Shown here: positions 1-10,492 of the stretch, piece by piece
How positions within the stretch are numbered: the stretch's first letter is position 1
Layout of the letters: each line of letters opens with the position of its first letter
Source of the DNA: an uncultured bacterium
GTDB taxonomy: Bacteria; Verrucomicrobiota; Verrucomicrobiia; Limisphaerales; UBA8199
Direction: 5' to 3'
Assembly: GCA_963749495.1 (NCBI GenBank)
Contig: CAVVMW010000004.1
Location: forward strand, 384,001 to 448,000
Length of the DNA: 64,000 nt
The notes under the pieces: generated by a model
Seen by the model: the letters and a program-made list of their open reading frames with translations, nothing else
The model's database searches: none
What the model was told of the DNA's origin: nothing
Made by a program: the position numbers and the translations under genes

Positions 1-125
1 CCGGCGAGATCCTCCTGGAGGGCCAGGCCTTCGAGCTGCTCCACAACCCGGAGGTCAAACGCGCCTACCTGGGCAACACCTCACGCCTCGTTGAGAGCCA
101 CCCCGTTTTCCATGAAAATCTTTGA
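1..125 (+). CDS. C-terminal end of LivF-like branched-chain amino acid ABC ATPase (partial, runs off window)
   Basis: Frame from nt 3 reads GEILLEGQAFELLHNPEVKRAYLG...*, a typical LivF C-terminus; overlaps the start of the next gene. Confidence 0.75.
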   Translation, partial: GEILLEGQAFELLHNPEVKRAYLGNTSRLVESHPVFHENL

Positions 126-1305
126 TCGACGTTACGAACTGATGCCGCGCGCGGAGCTGGAGCAACTGCAACTGGAGCGCCTCCAGGCCCTCCTGGTCCG
201 CCTCCGCCGCAACGTGCGCCGCTATCGCGAGAAGCTGGGCGAGGCTCCCCTGGACTCGCTCGGCGGCCTGGCCCGGCTGCCGATGACCACCCCCGAGGAG
301 ATGGCCGCCAGTTTCCCTTATGGGATGTTCGCCTTCCCGTTGCGCGAGGTCATCCGCCTGCACTCGACCTTGGGACCCCAAGGCCAGCCACTGGTCATCG
401 GCTACACCCGCAACGACCTCGCCCAGTGGGGGCGCCTGGTCGCCCGGCAGTTGGCCGCCAGCGGCGTCACCGCCAACGACGTCGTCCTCATCTCCTTGGG
501 CGGCGCTGTCCACCCCGGCGCCTCCGGCTACGTGTTGGGGGCCGAGCTCATCGAGGCCTGCGTCATTGCCGAGGACCCGCTTCACCTGGATTACCAACTG
601 GCTCTTTTGCAGAACTACCGCCCCACCGTCCTCATCACCAGCCCCACCAGCGCCTTGGCCCTGGCCCAGACGCTCGAACAACGGCGGCTCGACCCGCAAT
701 CCCTCCAACTGCGCGCCGTGCTCCTCTCCCGCTCCGTCAGCCAGGAGGTCCGCCAGCAACTGGCCGCCGGCCTCTTCGCCGCCGTCCACTGCAACTTCGG
801 CGTCAATGAGATCCTCGACCCCGGCCTCTGCCTCGAATGCGAGGCCGGCCATCTGCACATCCACGAGGACCAATTCCTGCCCGAGATCTGCGACGGCGAA
901 TTGGTCCTCACCACGCTGGGGCGCGAGGCCATGCCGCTGCTGCGCTACCGCACCCGCATCGCCGCCCAACTCCGCCGCGACAAATGCCCCTGTGCCCGCA
1001 CCGGCGCCATCCTCGACATCGGCCCCCGCCTCGACCGGCGTTTTCGCGTCAAGGAGACCAGTTTCTATTTGGGCCAGATCGCCGAGATCCTCCGCAGAAC
1101 ACGCGCCGCCGGCCATCGCTTCCAGATCCAGGCCTCGGAGCAGCGCCTCGAAATGGCCATCGAAATCTCCAAGGACCTCTTCGCCGGCACCCTCTCTGGC
1201 GCCGAAAACCCCAAACGCGACATCGAATCCGAGCTCTCCGCCCACCTGGGCATCGAAGCCGAAGTCCGCTTCGTCGAGGCGCTGCCCTCCCGGGAGATGC
1301 TTTGA
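112..1305 (+). CDS. Phenylacetate-CoA ligase (PaaK)-family protein with degenerate adenylation loop
   Basis: LEQLQLERLQ, YPYGMFA-like FPYGMFA, GYTRNDL, GELVLTTL.REAMPLLRYRT motifs; ATG at 112. Confidence 0.8.
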   Translation: MKIFDRRYELMPRAELEQLQLERLQALLVRLRRNVRRYREKLGEAPLDSLGGLARLPMTTPEEMAASFPYGMFAFPLREVIRLHSTLGPQGQPLVIGYTRNDLAQWGRLVARQLAASGVTANDVVLISLGGAVHPGASGYVLGAELIEACVIAEDPLHLDYQLALLQNYRPTVLITSPTSALALAQTLEQRRLDPQSLQLRAVLLSRSVSQEVRQQLAAGLFAAVHCNFGVNEILDPGLCLECEAGHLHIHEDQFLPEICDGELVLTTLGREAMPLLRYRTRIAAQLRRDKCPCARTGAILDIGPRLDRRFRVKETSFYLGQIAEILRRTRAAGHRFQIQASEQRLEMAIEISKDLFAGTLSGAENPKRDIESELSAHLGIEAEVRFVEALPSREML

Positions 1306-1316
1306 GCGGCTTCGGC

Positions 1317-1387
1317 AACCTTTGTCGCGGCCTTTGTCGAAAGCCGGCCCGAATCAACAAAGGCCGCGACAAAGGTTGCGACAAAGA
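1317..1387. repeat. REP-like element, 12-bp CCTTTGTCG units facing inverted CGACAAAG units
   Basis: Same family at 46623-46737 and 51056-51142. Confidence 0.8.
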
Positions 1388-1390
1388 TGG

Positions 1391-1500
1391 GGAGTGCGCC
1401 CGTCCTCGGGCGCAGCGACGTCCGCAGCCAGGGCAGCGGTGGAGTACTCCGGCGCGCCTGCCCGCTCCGTCGCTGCTGCGCCCGGGGACGGGCGCGCTCC
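1391..1500. repeat. REP-like long palindrome (GGAGTGCGCCCGTCCTCGGGCGCAGC...GCTGCGCCCGGGGACGGGCGCGCTCC)
   Basis: Inverted arms; second copy at 42663-42795. Confidence 0.85.
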
Positions 1501-1575
1501 GGGGGCAGTGTCCGGCTGCCGCCGGCCCAGCGAACCATTGACAGCGCGCGGGGGCTGTGGTGAATTGGGTGCTGG

Positions 1576-2484
1576 ATGCAAAAGGCCAAACCGAAGCTGC
1601 CCGTGGTACTCGCGATGGCCCTGGGCCTGGCGTTCGGAGCTGCCGCGGCCCCGGACGCGAGCGGGACGGCGCTGGGGGAGCGGATGCTCCAGGAGCAGAA
1701 GCACTTTGCCGACTGCCTGGTCTATGTCTATGACCCCGGGCTGTGGATCAGTTATACCAATGGACTGTTCTTCATGCCCCAAACCTTGGCCCAGCGCCAG
1801 CGCATCGAGGCCCTCAAGGCCGAACGGGCGCAGTATCGGGTCTTCACCAACCGGCAGGAGTGGCATGGGTTCGTAGCCAAGGTGCTCTCCGAGAGCGGCC
1901 TGGAGGCCGATTGGCAGAAACGGCTCCTGGCGCCCTATTCGCCCACCTACCCCTACCTGACGCCCACGCTGGAGCGGCCTCTGCAAATTGTGGACCATTA
2001 CACCGTCTTCAAGTCCCTCCCGCATCAAGACGCCTACATCCAGGTCGGCCAGTCCATCTATTTTGTGATGGGCCTGGGCCGCAGCCCCGATGACGCCTTC
2101 CGGACCAACGCCCTGCTCGTGAAGGAGGGGACCAAGACCTTCACCACGGACGCCGATGTGCGGAAGACCGTCGAGGCCTTTTCCAACGTGGCCCTGAGCG
2201 GCGCGGAAAAGGCGGCGCTGGCCAAGGCGGTGGCCGCTTTCCAGAAGAAATCGGCCGCCCTCCTCGGGCAGACCGCCGGCCTCAAGGACAGCCAGGAGTT
2301 CCAGGACCTGAAACTCAAGGCCAGGCCGTCCTCTCCGTCCATGGAGTACCTGCTTGCCAAGGCCTACCTCGAAGGCAAAGGCACGGCCAAAGACGAACAA
2401 CTGGGGATGATCTGGATGAACAAGGCCGCCAACGACGGCTCCGGGGAGGCCGCCGCCTACCTCGAGCGCCTGAAGAAGAATTGA
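1576..2484 (+). CDS. Secreted hypothetical protein with C-terminal SEL1-like repeat
   Basis: N-terminal signal peptide; YLLAKAYLEGKGTAKDEQLGMIWMNKAANDG matches SEL1 pattern. Confidence 0.7.
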   Translation: MQKAKPKLPVVLAMALGLAFGAAAAPDASGTALGERMLQEQKHFADCLVYVYDPGLWISYTNGLFFMPQTLAQRQRIEALKAERAQYRVFTNRQEWHGFVAKVLSESGLEADWQKRLLAPYSPTYPYLTPTLERPLQIVDHYTVFKSLPHQDAYIQVGQSIYFVMGLGRSPDDAFRTNALLVKEGTKTFTTDADVRKTVEAFSNVALSGAEKAALAKAVAAFQKKSAALLGQTAGLKDSQEFQDLKLKARPSSPSMEYLLAKAYLEGKGTAKDEQLGMIWMNKAANDGSGEAAAYLERLKKN

Positions 2485-2857
2485 AACACATCCTCGTCGA
2501 GCACGATCTTCCAGCGTTCCATTACAGCCCCTCGGCCTCCAAGGCGTGGTGTATGCGTTGCGCCTGCTCCAGTGTCACCTTCTGACCCCTCACATGTGCT
2601 AGCCTCGCCACGCCTTCTCTTGGGCCTAGACCCAAAACAAGCGCATTTGTTTGCGCAACCGGCCGGCTCGCACATTTTTCACGAAGTTGCTTGACATTGC
2701 GCGCCTCCGGCCCCGACTTTCGAGCTCGAACCGCTCTGCCGGACCTTCTAGACGCCCTGTGAGCCTCAAGAGGCCCTCTCTGGGTCACTTTGGCGCTATG
2801 CGCGGCGACACTGCTCCCGTGTTAGTCCGATCGTAAAGCGCCAAGGGGTGCTACCTA

Positions 2858-4669
2858 GTGTCTGGCAGGAAACGCGCGATCTTTTGGGCGCGATCACATC
2901 AAGTGGATCCGGCTTTTGATCCGCGCGCCTTGCCGTTCGTTCAAAATTTTTCTCAACCACTTTCTGGCCCATTTTCCCCGTCACGCTCACGGTGGCAGGG
3001 CACACCACTTCCACGGCGTGCTTTCGACCACTGCGCGCCCGACCCTCTTCAGGCCGCACGCGCCAGCGCAGGCGTGGCCACCCATCCCTGCCTCAGCAAC
3101 TGCCGCCCGATGACGTGCAGGTTGTACGCCAGCACGCCGTAGCCCACGTAGCGGGTGTAGCCCTCCACGCCCACGTCCAGGCATCGGTTCAGCCCGTGGT
3201 GCTCCAACGCGTTGATGTCACTCTCCACCGCGCTGTGCGCCCGGCGCAAACTCACAAACTGCTTCGTGCTCTCCACTGCCGCTTCCGCCTCGGTCTTCTT
3301 GCCCCGCTTGGGCATCACCACCCGCGGAATGTAAAGCGCCAACAACTGTCGGTCCTCCTGGCGCGTAAAGCCCTTGTCGAAACTCATACTGGCGATCTGC
3401 CCCTCCCCGTAGCGGCCCAGCAGACGGCTGGCCACCGCTACGCTCTGGTCCACGTCGGCGGCCGTCGGCGTCGCGTAGTCCTGAATCAACTGGTGCTGGT
3501 CGGTGGCAATGAGCAGCCGGTGCCCCAACTCCACGCTCGGATGCAGCTTGCCTTTGTTAATCCATTCGGTGTGCGGCTCGAACAACGAATAGATCTTCTC
3601 GGAGGCGGCAATGGTCTGACCCTGCAACAGCCGCCGATCCACCAGGTCCAGGTGTTTGTCGAGCATCTGCTCGAAGTAGGCCAGGCCATCCCAGTCGGCG
3701 CGGTCCACCGGTTGGTCGCACAGGCTCAGGAGGCTGGCGGTGACTTTGCGCGCCAACTGCTGGCCCACCGCCACGTAGTCGCCGACGGCGACCCGCACGC
3801 GCTTTTCCTTGTCCTTGCCTCCGCCGAAGGCGGCTTTGCTGGCCACGCGTTCGGCCGCTTTGAAGCGGGCGCGCCAATCCTCCAGCTTGCGCCAGCCCGG
3901 CAGGTCATAACCGTATTGGTCGCGGTATTTCTCGATCAGATCCAGGCACTTGCGCCCGGCGTCAAAGAGCAGGTTCAGGTCCGTGGGGAAATGCACGTCG
4001 GTTTCCAGCACGTAGGTGTCCACCTTGACCACCAACGGTTCAGGCTCGCCGTCTTCTTTTTTTTTGAACACCTGGCGCCCAGCGGCGGCTACCCGCTGGT
4101 TGATGGCCACCAACACTCCCTCATCCAACAGCGCCACGTTGTCTCGAAGGGTCTGATTGTTGAACACCCTGGCACCGGCTCCCCAAGGCACTTGCTCCAC
4201 TCCCAGGATCTGCCGCAGCAACCCGTCGTAATTGGCCATGTGCTCCAGGCGGTCCCAGTCCGCGTCCAGTCCCAGACGTACCACCCCAAAGACCAGGATC
4301 TGCCACAAGTCCATCCCCATCCGCCCCGTGGCCTGCTTGCCAGCCACGAGCTTCTGTTCCAGCAACTCGAAAATCTCCCCCTTGAGCGTGGGATGACACC
4401 AAATCCATTGCAGCCCTGCCAGAATCGGCGGCAGCTCGTCGCGGCTGTTCAGAGGGATCCTCACCCGTTCAATCGGCGTGACTTTCAGACCAGGTTCAAA
4501 CTCGAATCGTTGACGCATACCAGCGAATGTTATGCACTTGTTGCCAGCCAAACGCAGAAAACAGGCGTGTTTCTGCATGCAGCCTTTGTTGATCCGATCC
4601 ACATTCGCCCCGTCGCGTTCAAACAAATTGCCGAAATTCCCGCGGTTGCGTACGTTTCCCGCCAGACAC
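2858..4669 (-). mobile_element. ISNCY (ISDol1-like) insertion sequence nested in the IS1380
   Basis: IRs GTGTCTGGCAGGAAACG (2858-2874) and CGTTTCCCGCCAGACAC (4653-4669); 6-bp TSD TACCTA at 2852-2857 and 4670-4675. Confidence 0.88.
3049..4518 (-). CDS. ISNCY/IS5-like DDE transposase
   Basis: SRDELPPILAGLQ, VDTYVLETDVHFPTD, KIYSLFEPH, SFDKGF, HSAVESDINALEHHG motifs; ATG at 4518. Confidence 0.88.
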   Translation of the reverse strand: MRQRFEFEPGLKVTPIERVRIPLNSRDELPPILAGLQWIWCHPTLKGEIFELLEQKLVAGKQATGRMGMDLWQILVFGVVRLGLDADWDRLEHMANYDGLLRQILGVEQVPWGAGARVFNNQTLRDNVALLDEGVLVAINQRVAAAGRQVFKKKEDGEPEPLVVKVDTYVLETDVHFPTDLNLLFDAGRKCLDLIEKYRDQYGYDLPGWRKLEDWRARFKAAERVASKAAFGGGKDKEKRVRVAVGDYVAVGQQLARKVTASLLSLCDQPVDRADWDGLAYFEQMLDKHLDLVDRRLLQGQTIAASEKIYSLFEPHTEWINKGKLHPSVELGHRLLIATDQHQLIQDYATPTAADVDQSVAVASRLLGRYGEGQIASMSFDKGFTRQEDRQLLALYIPRVVMPKRGKKTEAEAAVESTKQFVSLRRAHSAVESDINALEHHGLNRCLDVGVEGYTRYVGYGVLAYNLHVIGRQLLRQGWVATPALARAA

Positions 4670-4672
4670 TAC

Positions 4673-6178
4673 CTATCCCGGCGCCAAGCGCTGCAACCGC
4701 TCCCACGTCGCAAAGAAGTCCACTAACCAACTGTTGTAACCCAGCAGCCGATAGATGACTCGGCGCGCCGTGCGGACTACCTGGCAGGGTAACAGCATGA
4801 CGGCGTTCAGAAACCGCCGAAACTCCATCCTTACTAATTCCAGTCCCCGCTCCCGATTCGGCACCAACAAGCCATACCAGGCTTTGAGGTTCCACGCCAA
4901 CGCCGCCATCACCATGTAAGCCCAGTTGCTCACCAGGTCTGCCACCGGCATCCGGATCGCATTGACCCCGTTCTTCAACTGCTCAATCACGTTCTCCTGG
5001 TCGCATCGCCCGTTGGCCAGCCCCACCACCTTCGGCGGCTTGTCCTTCCGGTTGGTGATGTAGAAGAAGTAGCGCACCTCCTCGAAGAGTGCCCTCTCGC
5101 CTTTCTGCACACTGATGTTCTTGCGCAAGATGATCACCCGATACTTCTGCCGACACCTGTGCGGCTGATAGGCAATTTCGGCCAGCGACTCGCCCACCAA
5201 TTTCTTGTTCTCGAACTGGCGCTCCACCACCACCTGCTCTTTGTAGCGGAACGCCTTGGGCCGCGGCTCGGTCAAAATCTCATACTTGGGCTCGCGTTCA
5301 AAGGGCCTCCACGCCCCATTTTCCAGGGCCTCGGCCAGCGCCACCAGCTTCGGATGCGCATCGATCCCCACGATGAATTTCGTCCCCTCGGCGTCCCACC
5401 GGTCCAGTTGCTCGGTGTGGCTAAAGTCGGTGTCGCCTCGGATCGTTACACTGCCGGCAACCTGCTTGACCAGCGCCACCGCCCGGTCGATCCACTCCAC
5501 GCTCCCACTGTGGCTCGGGGCGTTACCGGGACGATTGACCACATAGAGCACCTCCTTGGTGTTGGCCAAACTCACCACCAGCGGCGCATAGCCCCAGATC
5601 CCTTTGTAAGAAAGGTCCATCCCTTGCTTGCACTCCCCGTAAGTGCCGGCAATCGTCCCGTCCACATCCACAAAAGCTTCCTTCAGGAAACCCTCGGGCT
5701 GCACCTTCCAGGCCGTCAGCCTCGCCCGATTGATGCACTCTTGCACCGTCACGATATCCTCCGGCGAGAAACGCCGCGTGAAATCTCCAGCCGTCGTGGG
5801 ATCAGGGATGCGTTCCGCTCCCAGACCGTTGAGGAACACCTCGTCCTGCCGCCGCAGCTCGATGTCTTCCAACCGCTGCCCGCCAGCTAACAGGTTGTAA
5901 GCGATATTCAAAACGTGGTCGCTCTCATGGTAGGGTAAATGCACCTTCAACAGCTCCAGGCTCTGGTCAATGTCTTCGACCAAGCCCAAACGCTGCAGCA
6001 TCAGGTGGATGGCCCCGATGCCCCCGCAATTCATGCTGCCGTCCCGCTCCGCCATCTCATAGTGGATGTTGCTGGCCTGGAGCATCGGCCGAGGCTGGTC
6101 TTCCCAGTTCTTGGGTCGGAGCCGGCGCTCAATTCTGTGCTTGCGGTTGCGGAGGATCTTAGGATACGTTCTATTCAC
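4673..6178 (-). CDS. IS1380-family transposase
   Basis: IPDPTTAGDF, DVDGT, GYAPL, RPGN, RGDTDF, RCDQENVIEQLKNG, N.AYM..AALAWNL motifs. Confidence 0.92.
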   Translation of the reverse strand: MNRTYPKILRNRKHRIERRLRPKNWEDQPRPMLQASNIHYEMAERDGSMNCGGIGAIHLMLQRLGLVEDIDQSLELLKVHLPYHESDHVLNIAYNLLAGGQRLEDIELRRQDEVFLNGLGAERIPDPTTAGDFTRRFSPEDIVTVQECINRARLTAWKVQPEGFLKEAFVDVDGTIAGTYGECKQGMDLSYKGIWGYAPLVVSLANTKEVLYVVNRPGNAPSHSGSVEWIDRAVALVKQVAGSVTIRGDTDFSHTEQLDRWDAEGTKFIVGIDAHPKLVALAEALENGAWRPFEREPKYEILTEPRPKAFRYKEQVVVERQFENKKLVGESLAEIAYQPHRCRQKYRVIILRKNISVQKGERALFEEVRYFFYITNRKDKPPKVVGLANGRCDQENVIEQLKNGVNAIRMPVADLVSNWAYMVMAALAWNLKAWYGLLVPNRERGLELVRMEFRRFLNAVMLLPCQVVRTARRVIYRLLGYNSWLVDFFATWERLQRLAPG

Positions 6179-6300
6179 TTGAAATGCTCGTTTGTTGGAT
6201 GTTGACGTTTGTTTGACACTTACGTTTCAACCCCAATTGACGGGCATTTCGAGCTTGGCGTTCAAAGTGCGCGAAGAAATCGCGCTTGTTGAGGGCCTAG

Positions 6301-6429
6301 ATAGCGGAGTGGCGCGATTGCACGCCCGAGGCGATCCGGCGTATCGAGACCCGAGCGATTAAGAGGCTGCGGCGCTTGGCAAAAAAGGGGCAACTCGATA
6401 GGGCTGAGATGGAATCCCTGAGCGTGTAG
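6301..6429 (+). pseudogene. Fragment resembling a sigma-70 region-4 HTH, interrupted by IS1380
   Basis: Reads IAEWRDCTPEAIRRIETRAIKRLRR; no start codon; the frame continues with stops left of the IS. Confidence 0.5.
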
Positions 6430-6437
6430 TGACAACC

Positions 6438-6793
6438 TCATTTGAAGCCAATCGTTCGCTCTTCATCTACCTCGAAGGCCGCGCCCTTCGGTTCACGAAT
6501 GCGGTGAGGGTCAAATGGACAGACCGCCGGATGGGTTGCTGTGCTGATAACCACTTTTACCTCGGTTTCCAACCTGCCCTTGCGAACGCGGTCCAGAACT
6601 TCACGTTGTCCAAACTCAAACAGCACTCTTGACAACTCATTGTCATTCAGTTTCCACGCAGGCAGGCGGTTGTTTGTAATGACAACAATTAGCCTGTGTT
6701 TGGTTAAGGATTGAAGTTCCTCTGGAGTTCCAACCAACTCGGTAGGCAGAACGTAAAACGGGAACAAAACGGAGCGGAAGTCCTCCCCCGGAT
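6438..6793 (-). pseudogene. Hypothetical protein, 5' end removed by adjacent IS
   Basis: Lower-GC open frame of about 118 codons beginning right at the IS end and ending ERTIGFK*. Confidence 0.55.
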
Positions 6794-9253
6794 TCCAGAA
6801 CTCCTGACATAGCCTCATAGTTTTCGCCATTTCTGGGCATTTTCTGGGCGGACAATACTGGCGGGGGGGGGAACCCAAAACTGTCCGCTTTTTTGACCGC
6901 CGGGCTAACATCGGCGCGTATGGCCAATACCCTATGCGACAACCTCTTTCCAGAGGCGCGAAACCCACAAGGCACCCATGTCATCAACGAGCGATGCCTG
7001 CTGCTGACGCAGGAAGGTCACCGCCTTGTGCTCGTGTCAGGAATGCCCCTGGCACAGTATGCGGTGGGCGACCGCATGTCCGAAGCCCACGCCATGGTGA
7101 GCCTGATCGATGTAGGTTGGGCGGATCAGAACGACGTGGCCAGAGCCTTTGGTTACTCGGTCCGCACGGTGCGGCGCTGTCAACAACGCTTCGAGGGGGG
7201 CGGCTTGGCTGCACTGGGACGCCCCCGCGGTTATCCGCAGGGGCGTGCCCGCCTGGCGGCCTCTCGGCGAGGCTGGGTCCAACGGCTCAAGGCCCAAGGC
7301 CGCTCGCACTACGAGATCGCGCGGCGGCTTGGGGTCAGTGTGCAAGCCGTCCGCAAAACCGTGCGACGTTTAGGCTGGAAGCCCGCACGGATGGTCGTTC
7401 AGACCGAACTGCCTCTTGAGCCGCGGACGACCACCGCTGCGAACCAGCCCCCCGTGGAGACCCCTTCATCGACTCATTCACCCGCATCTGGGGGGAACCC
7501 AAAACTGTCCGCTTTTTGTGCATCCGTGGCGCCGAGCCCACTGCCGCGCAGCCTCGACACCGACCCGGCTCATCGCTGGACCGATCGGTTGCTGGCACGC
7601 CTGGGATTGCTGGAAGATGCAGCCCCGTTGTTCGGGTGCGCCGCCGCCGTGCCGTGCGTCGGCGTGCTCTTGGCCTTGCCGGCGTTGGTGGCCAGCGGCG
7701 TTTTCGACTGTGCTCAGAGGATTCTACGGCAGCCTGGGGCCAGCCTTCTATGGATTGCGCACCAGCTTGCTCACACTCTTGCTCATGGCGCTGTGGCGCA
7801 TCAAGCGACCGGAGGGCCTCAAGGAACACTCCCCTCAAGACTTGGGGCGTGTGCTGGGCTTGGACCGGGCGCCCGAAGTCAAAACGCTGCGGCGGAAACT
7901 GGCCTGCCTGGCGGCCACCGGACGCGCCGCGCAGTTTGGCCTGGCTCTGGCCCAGCGACGGGTCGCCTTGCGCGGAGCCGCCTTGGGTTTCCTCTACGTG
8001 GATGGCCACGTGCGGGTTTACCACGGCAAGCACCGTCTGCCCAAGGCCCACGTGGCTCAGATGCGCCTCTCGGTGCCGGCCACTTCGGACTATTGGGTCA
8101 ACGACACGTGCGGCGATTCGCTCTTTGTCGTCACGGCACAGGCTAACGCCGGCTTGGTCAAGATGCTGCCCGGCATCCTGGAGCAGGTGCGCAGCTTGGT
8201 GGGCAAACGACGCATCACCGTAGCCTTTGATCGCGGCGGCTACAGTCCCAAGCTCTTCCTCCAAATCCTGGCCGCGGGCTTTGACGTGCTGACGTACCGC
8301 AAAGGGCGCTGCCGCCGCGTCCCCCGCAAGCGCTTCCGGCCATGTCGCACCCGTTGTGAGGGACGGACCTTCCTCTACGTCCTGGCCGACCAGGAGGTGC
8401 GCTTGCTCAAGGGCAAGCTGCGCATGCGGCAGGTCACCCGCCTGAGGGACAACGGGCACCAAACCCCCGTCCTGACCTCGCGCCGGGATCTGTGCGCTGC
8501 CCAAGTCGCCTATCACATGTTTGATCGCTGGCGACAAGAGAATTTCCTGAAATACCTGTGCGACGAATACGCGTTGGACGCGTTAGTCGAATATGCCGCG
8601 GTGCCTGATGATCCCACTCGTGAGGTTCCCAACCCGGTCTGGGCGGCCGTGGACGCCCAATTGCGCCAGGCGTATGCCCAACTGGCTCGGCTGCAGGCCG
8701 AATATGGCCTGGAGGCGCTGGTCAACCTGGAGCAGCAGCAGCAGACCATGCGCGGCTTCAAGATCGCGCAGGGCAAGCTCGGCCAGCAAATCGACACTGC
8801 TTGGCAGCGTGTAGCGCGACTGGAGAAACGCCGTGCCGCCGTGCCCCGGCGAGTGCCGATCCAAAGCATCACCAAAGAGCCCGTGGTGAAACTGGCTCCA
8901 GAACGCAAACATCTAACCAATGTGATTAAGATCGTGGCTTACCAAGCCGAGAGCGATTTGCTGAGATTAGTCGCGCCCTACTATCGGAGGGTGGGCGACG
9001 AAGGTCGAACTCTGATCCAATCGGCTTTGGCCAGCGCGGCGGATCTCGAAGTCACCCAAACGGAGTTGCGGGTGAGCTTGGCTGCGCTAAGTTCGCCGCA
9101 CCGCACGCGGGCGATTGCCGCGCTTTGCGAGGAACTCAACCGGACCAATACCCTCTTTCCAGGTTCGCGCTTGCGCCTGCGCTACACAATTCGGGAAGCG
9201 CCGTGAGGCAAAAAGCGGACATTTTGTTTGACGGCTATGTCAGGAGTTCTGGA
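6794..9253 (+). mobile_element. Unclassified DDE-type insertion sequence
   Basis: Perfect 21-bp IR TCCAGAACTCCTGACATAGCC at 6794-6814 and 9233-9253; no TSD seen. Confidence 0.85.
6920..9206 (+). CDS. Large transposase with two N-terminal HTH motifs; frameshift near 7722
   Basis: YVDGHVRVY, FDRGGYS, RWRQENF motifs; the two ORF halves join if one T is removed near 7722. Confidence 0.85.
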
Positions 9254-9364
9254 GTCCGCTCTAAATCCCCAGTAAGCTAACTGGCTGTGGTACTTGCCAA
9301 CTAGGAGACCGGAATTGTCTTCGATAAGCAGCCGATTTCCGTGGAGGCAGATACGGGCCCTCAT
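9254..9364 (-). pseudogene. N-terminal 37 codons of a gene cut by the IS
   Basis: ATGA overlap with the upstream stop at 9361-9364; MRARICLHGNRLLIEDNSG... Confidence 0.5.
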
Positions 9365-10068
9365 TTCTTGGTCGCGAGTGAGTCGCACTCTTTCTTGTAA
9401 TGGTAAATTGCCGTTTCGATTTGCTGAGCTCGTTTCTGGATATCGGAAGCGAGTTTCCGCGCCTTCTCGAAATCGGCAAGAGCAATTGACCTCACGTCCA
9501 TGTCCTCGTGCGTCAGCTTCCGGTACGCGGCATCAAGAAGCGTGATCGGCGTCTCCCTTTCCTGGTTAGATTCTTGGAAGTCGATAGCCTTCTTCGTGCG
9601 GTGTATGATTTCTTGCTGGCACCGTTCCACCCATTTTCGGTCAATTTGCTCAACCGACAGCGGTCTGCCTGTTTCATCGAATCGAGCTTTGCTGGGCAAG
9701 GTCGCGTCAACTTCCTCGCTGATTTTCAACAGCTCCTTTCGGCTCTCCTTTAAAGCACACAGTTTCGGGAGTTGGCGCATGATGGCGTGGATTTTCGGAA
9801 GGCCCTTGAGGTGGCGAAGACGAATCATCTTGAAGGCTGCGTCCTCAAGGGTACCGATGTCTTCCTCCTCGACGCCGCTTGCTACCAACCATTTCGGGTT
9901 CTTGAAACAACGTTGGTAGGCGTAGCTGCTGTAGTCGGTGAAGGCTTGCCAGCGGCCTTCTGGGTCAGCCGGGCCAGAGGAAACCGTGCCGTAGAGTCCA
10001 TCGCGGTCGAACTGGTGGAGATAGCGGTCCACACATTCGAGCGGCAAGAGGTAATCCCTTTCGACATC
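9361..10068 (-). pseudogene. 5'-truncated hypothetical protein (low GC, accessory)
   Basis: About 235-codon frame with no proper start; the frame is broken exactly at the GGGGTCA site at 10068-10083. Confidence 0.65.
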
Positions 10069-10148
10069 GGAAAATCGGGGTCACGGAAAATCGGGGTCAG
10101 ATCTATACTTTGTTACAATGTTGGTCCGTGAAAGGGGTAAAGGGGTCA
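10068..10148. repeat. GGGGTCA-type end motifs with tandem duplications
   Basis: CGGAAAATCGGGGTCA x2 (10068-10099); AAAGGGGT x2 (10131-10146); inverted match to 12305-12331. Confidence 0.8.
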
Positions 10149-10492
10149 CGCATTAAAAAAACTATTGACACAAGGGCCGGCTACGACAGTGTTCTTGCCT
10201 CCCAAACCAAGACCCCTTCACGTGCGCCCCGGCCCGCCTCCTCCTCTATCCGAAGCCCGGTTTTACCGAGTTGGGATCAACTTCCACATTGTCAAACAAA
10301 AACCGCGCCTGCAAAAACCCCCCGGTTTTACCGGGGCTGCAGCGCCGTGTTGCGGGTCGTGTAGCAGGTCCGACCTCAAAAATCCCCCGGTTCCATGGGC
10401 CTTGTAACACTGTAGCGGGTCCATACCCCCCGCCCCCTAGACCAGCCGAGAAGATGAGAACCCCTCGGCCTCCAAGGCGTGATGTACGCGTT

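Larger units (their letters stand above)
2631..6295 (-). mobile_element. IS1380-family insertion sequence (carries a nested element)
   Basis: Imperfect terminal IRs CCCAAAACAAGCGCATTTGTTTGCGC / GCGCGAAGAAATCGCGCTTGTTGAGGG; flanking direct repeat CCTAGA at 2625-2630 and 6296-6301. Confidence 0.8.

Noticed and set aside
7700..7730. Programmed ribosomal frameshift in the transposase
   Set aside because: No slippery A-run or heptamer at the break; it looks like the other single-base insertions in the window
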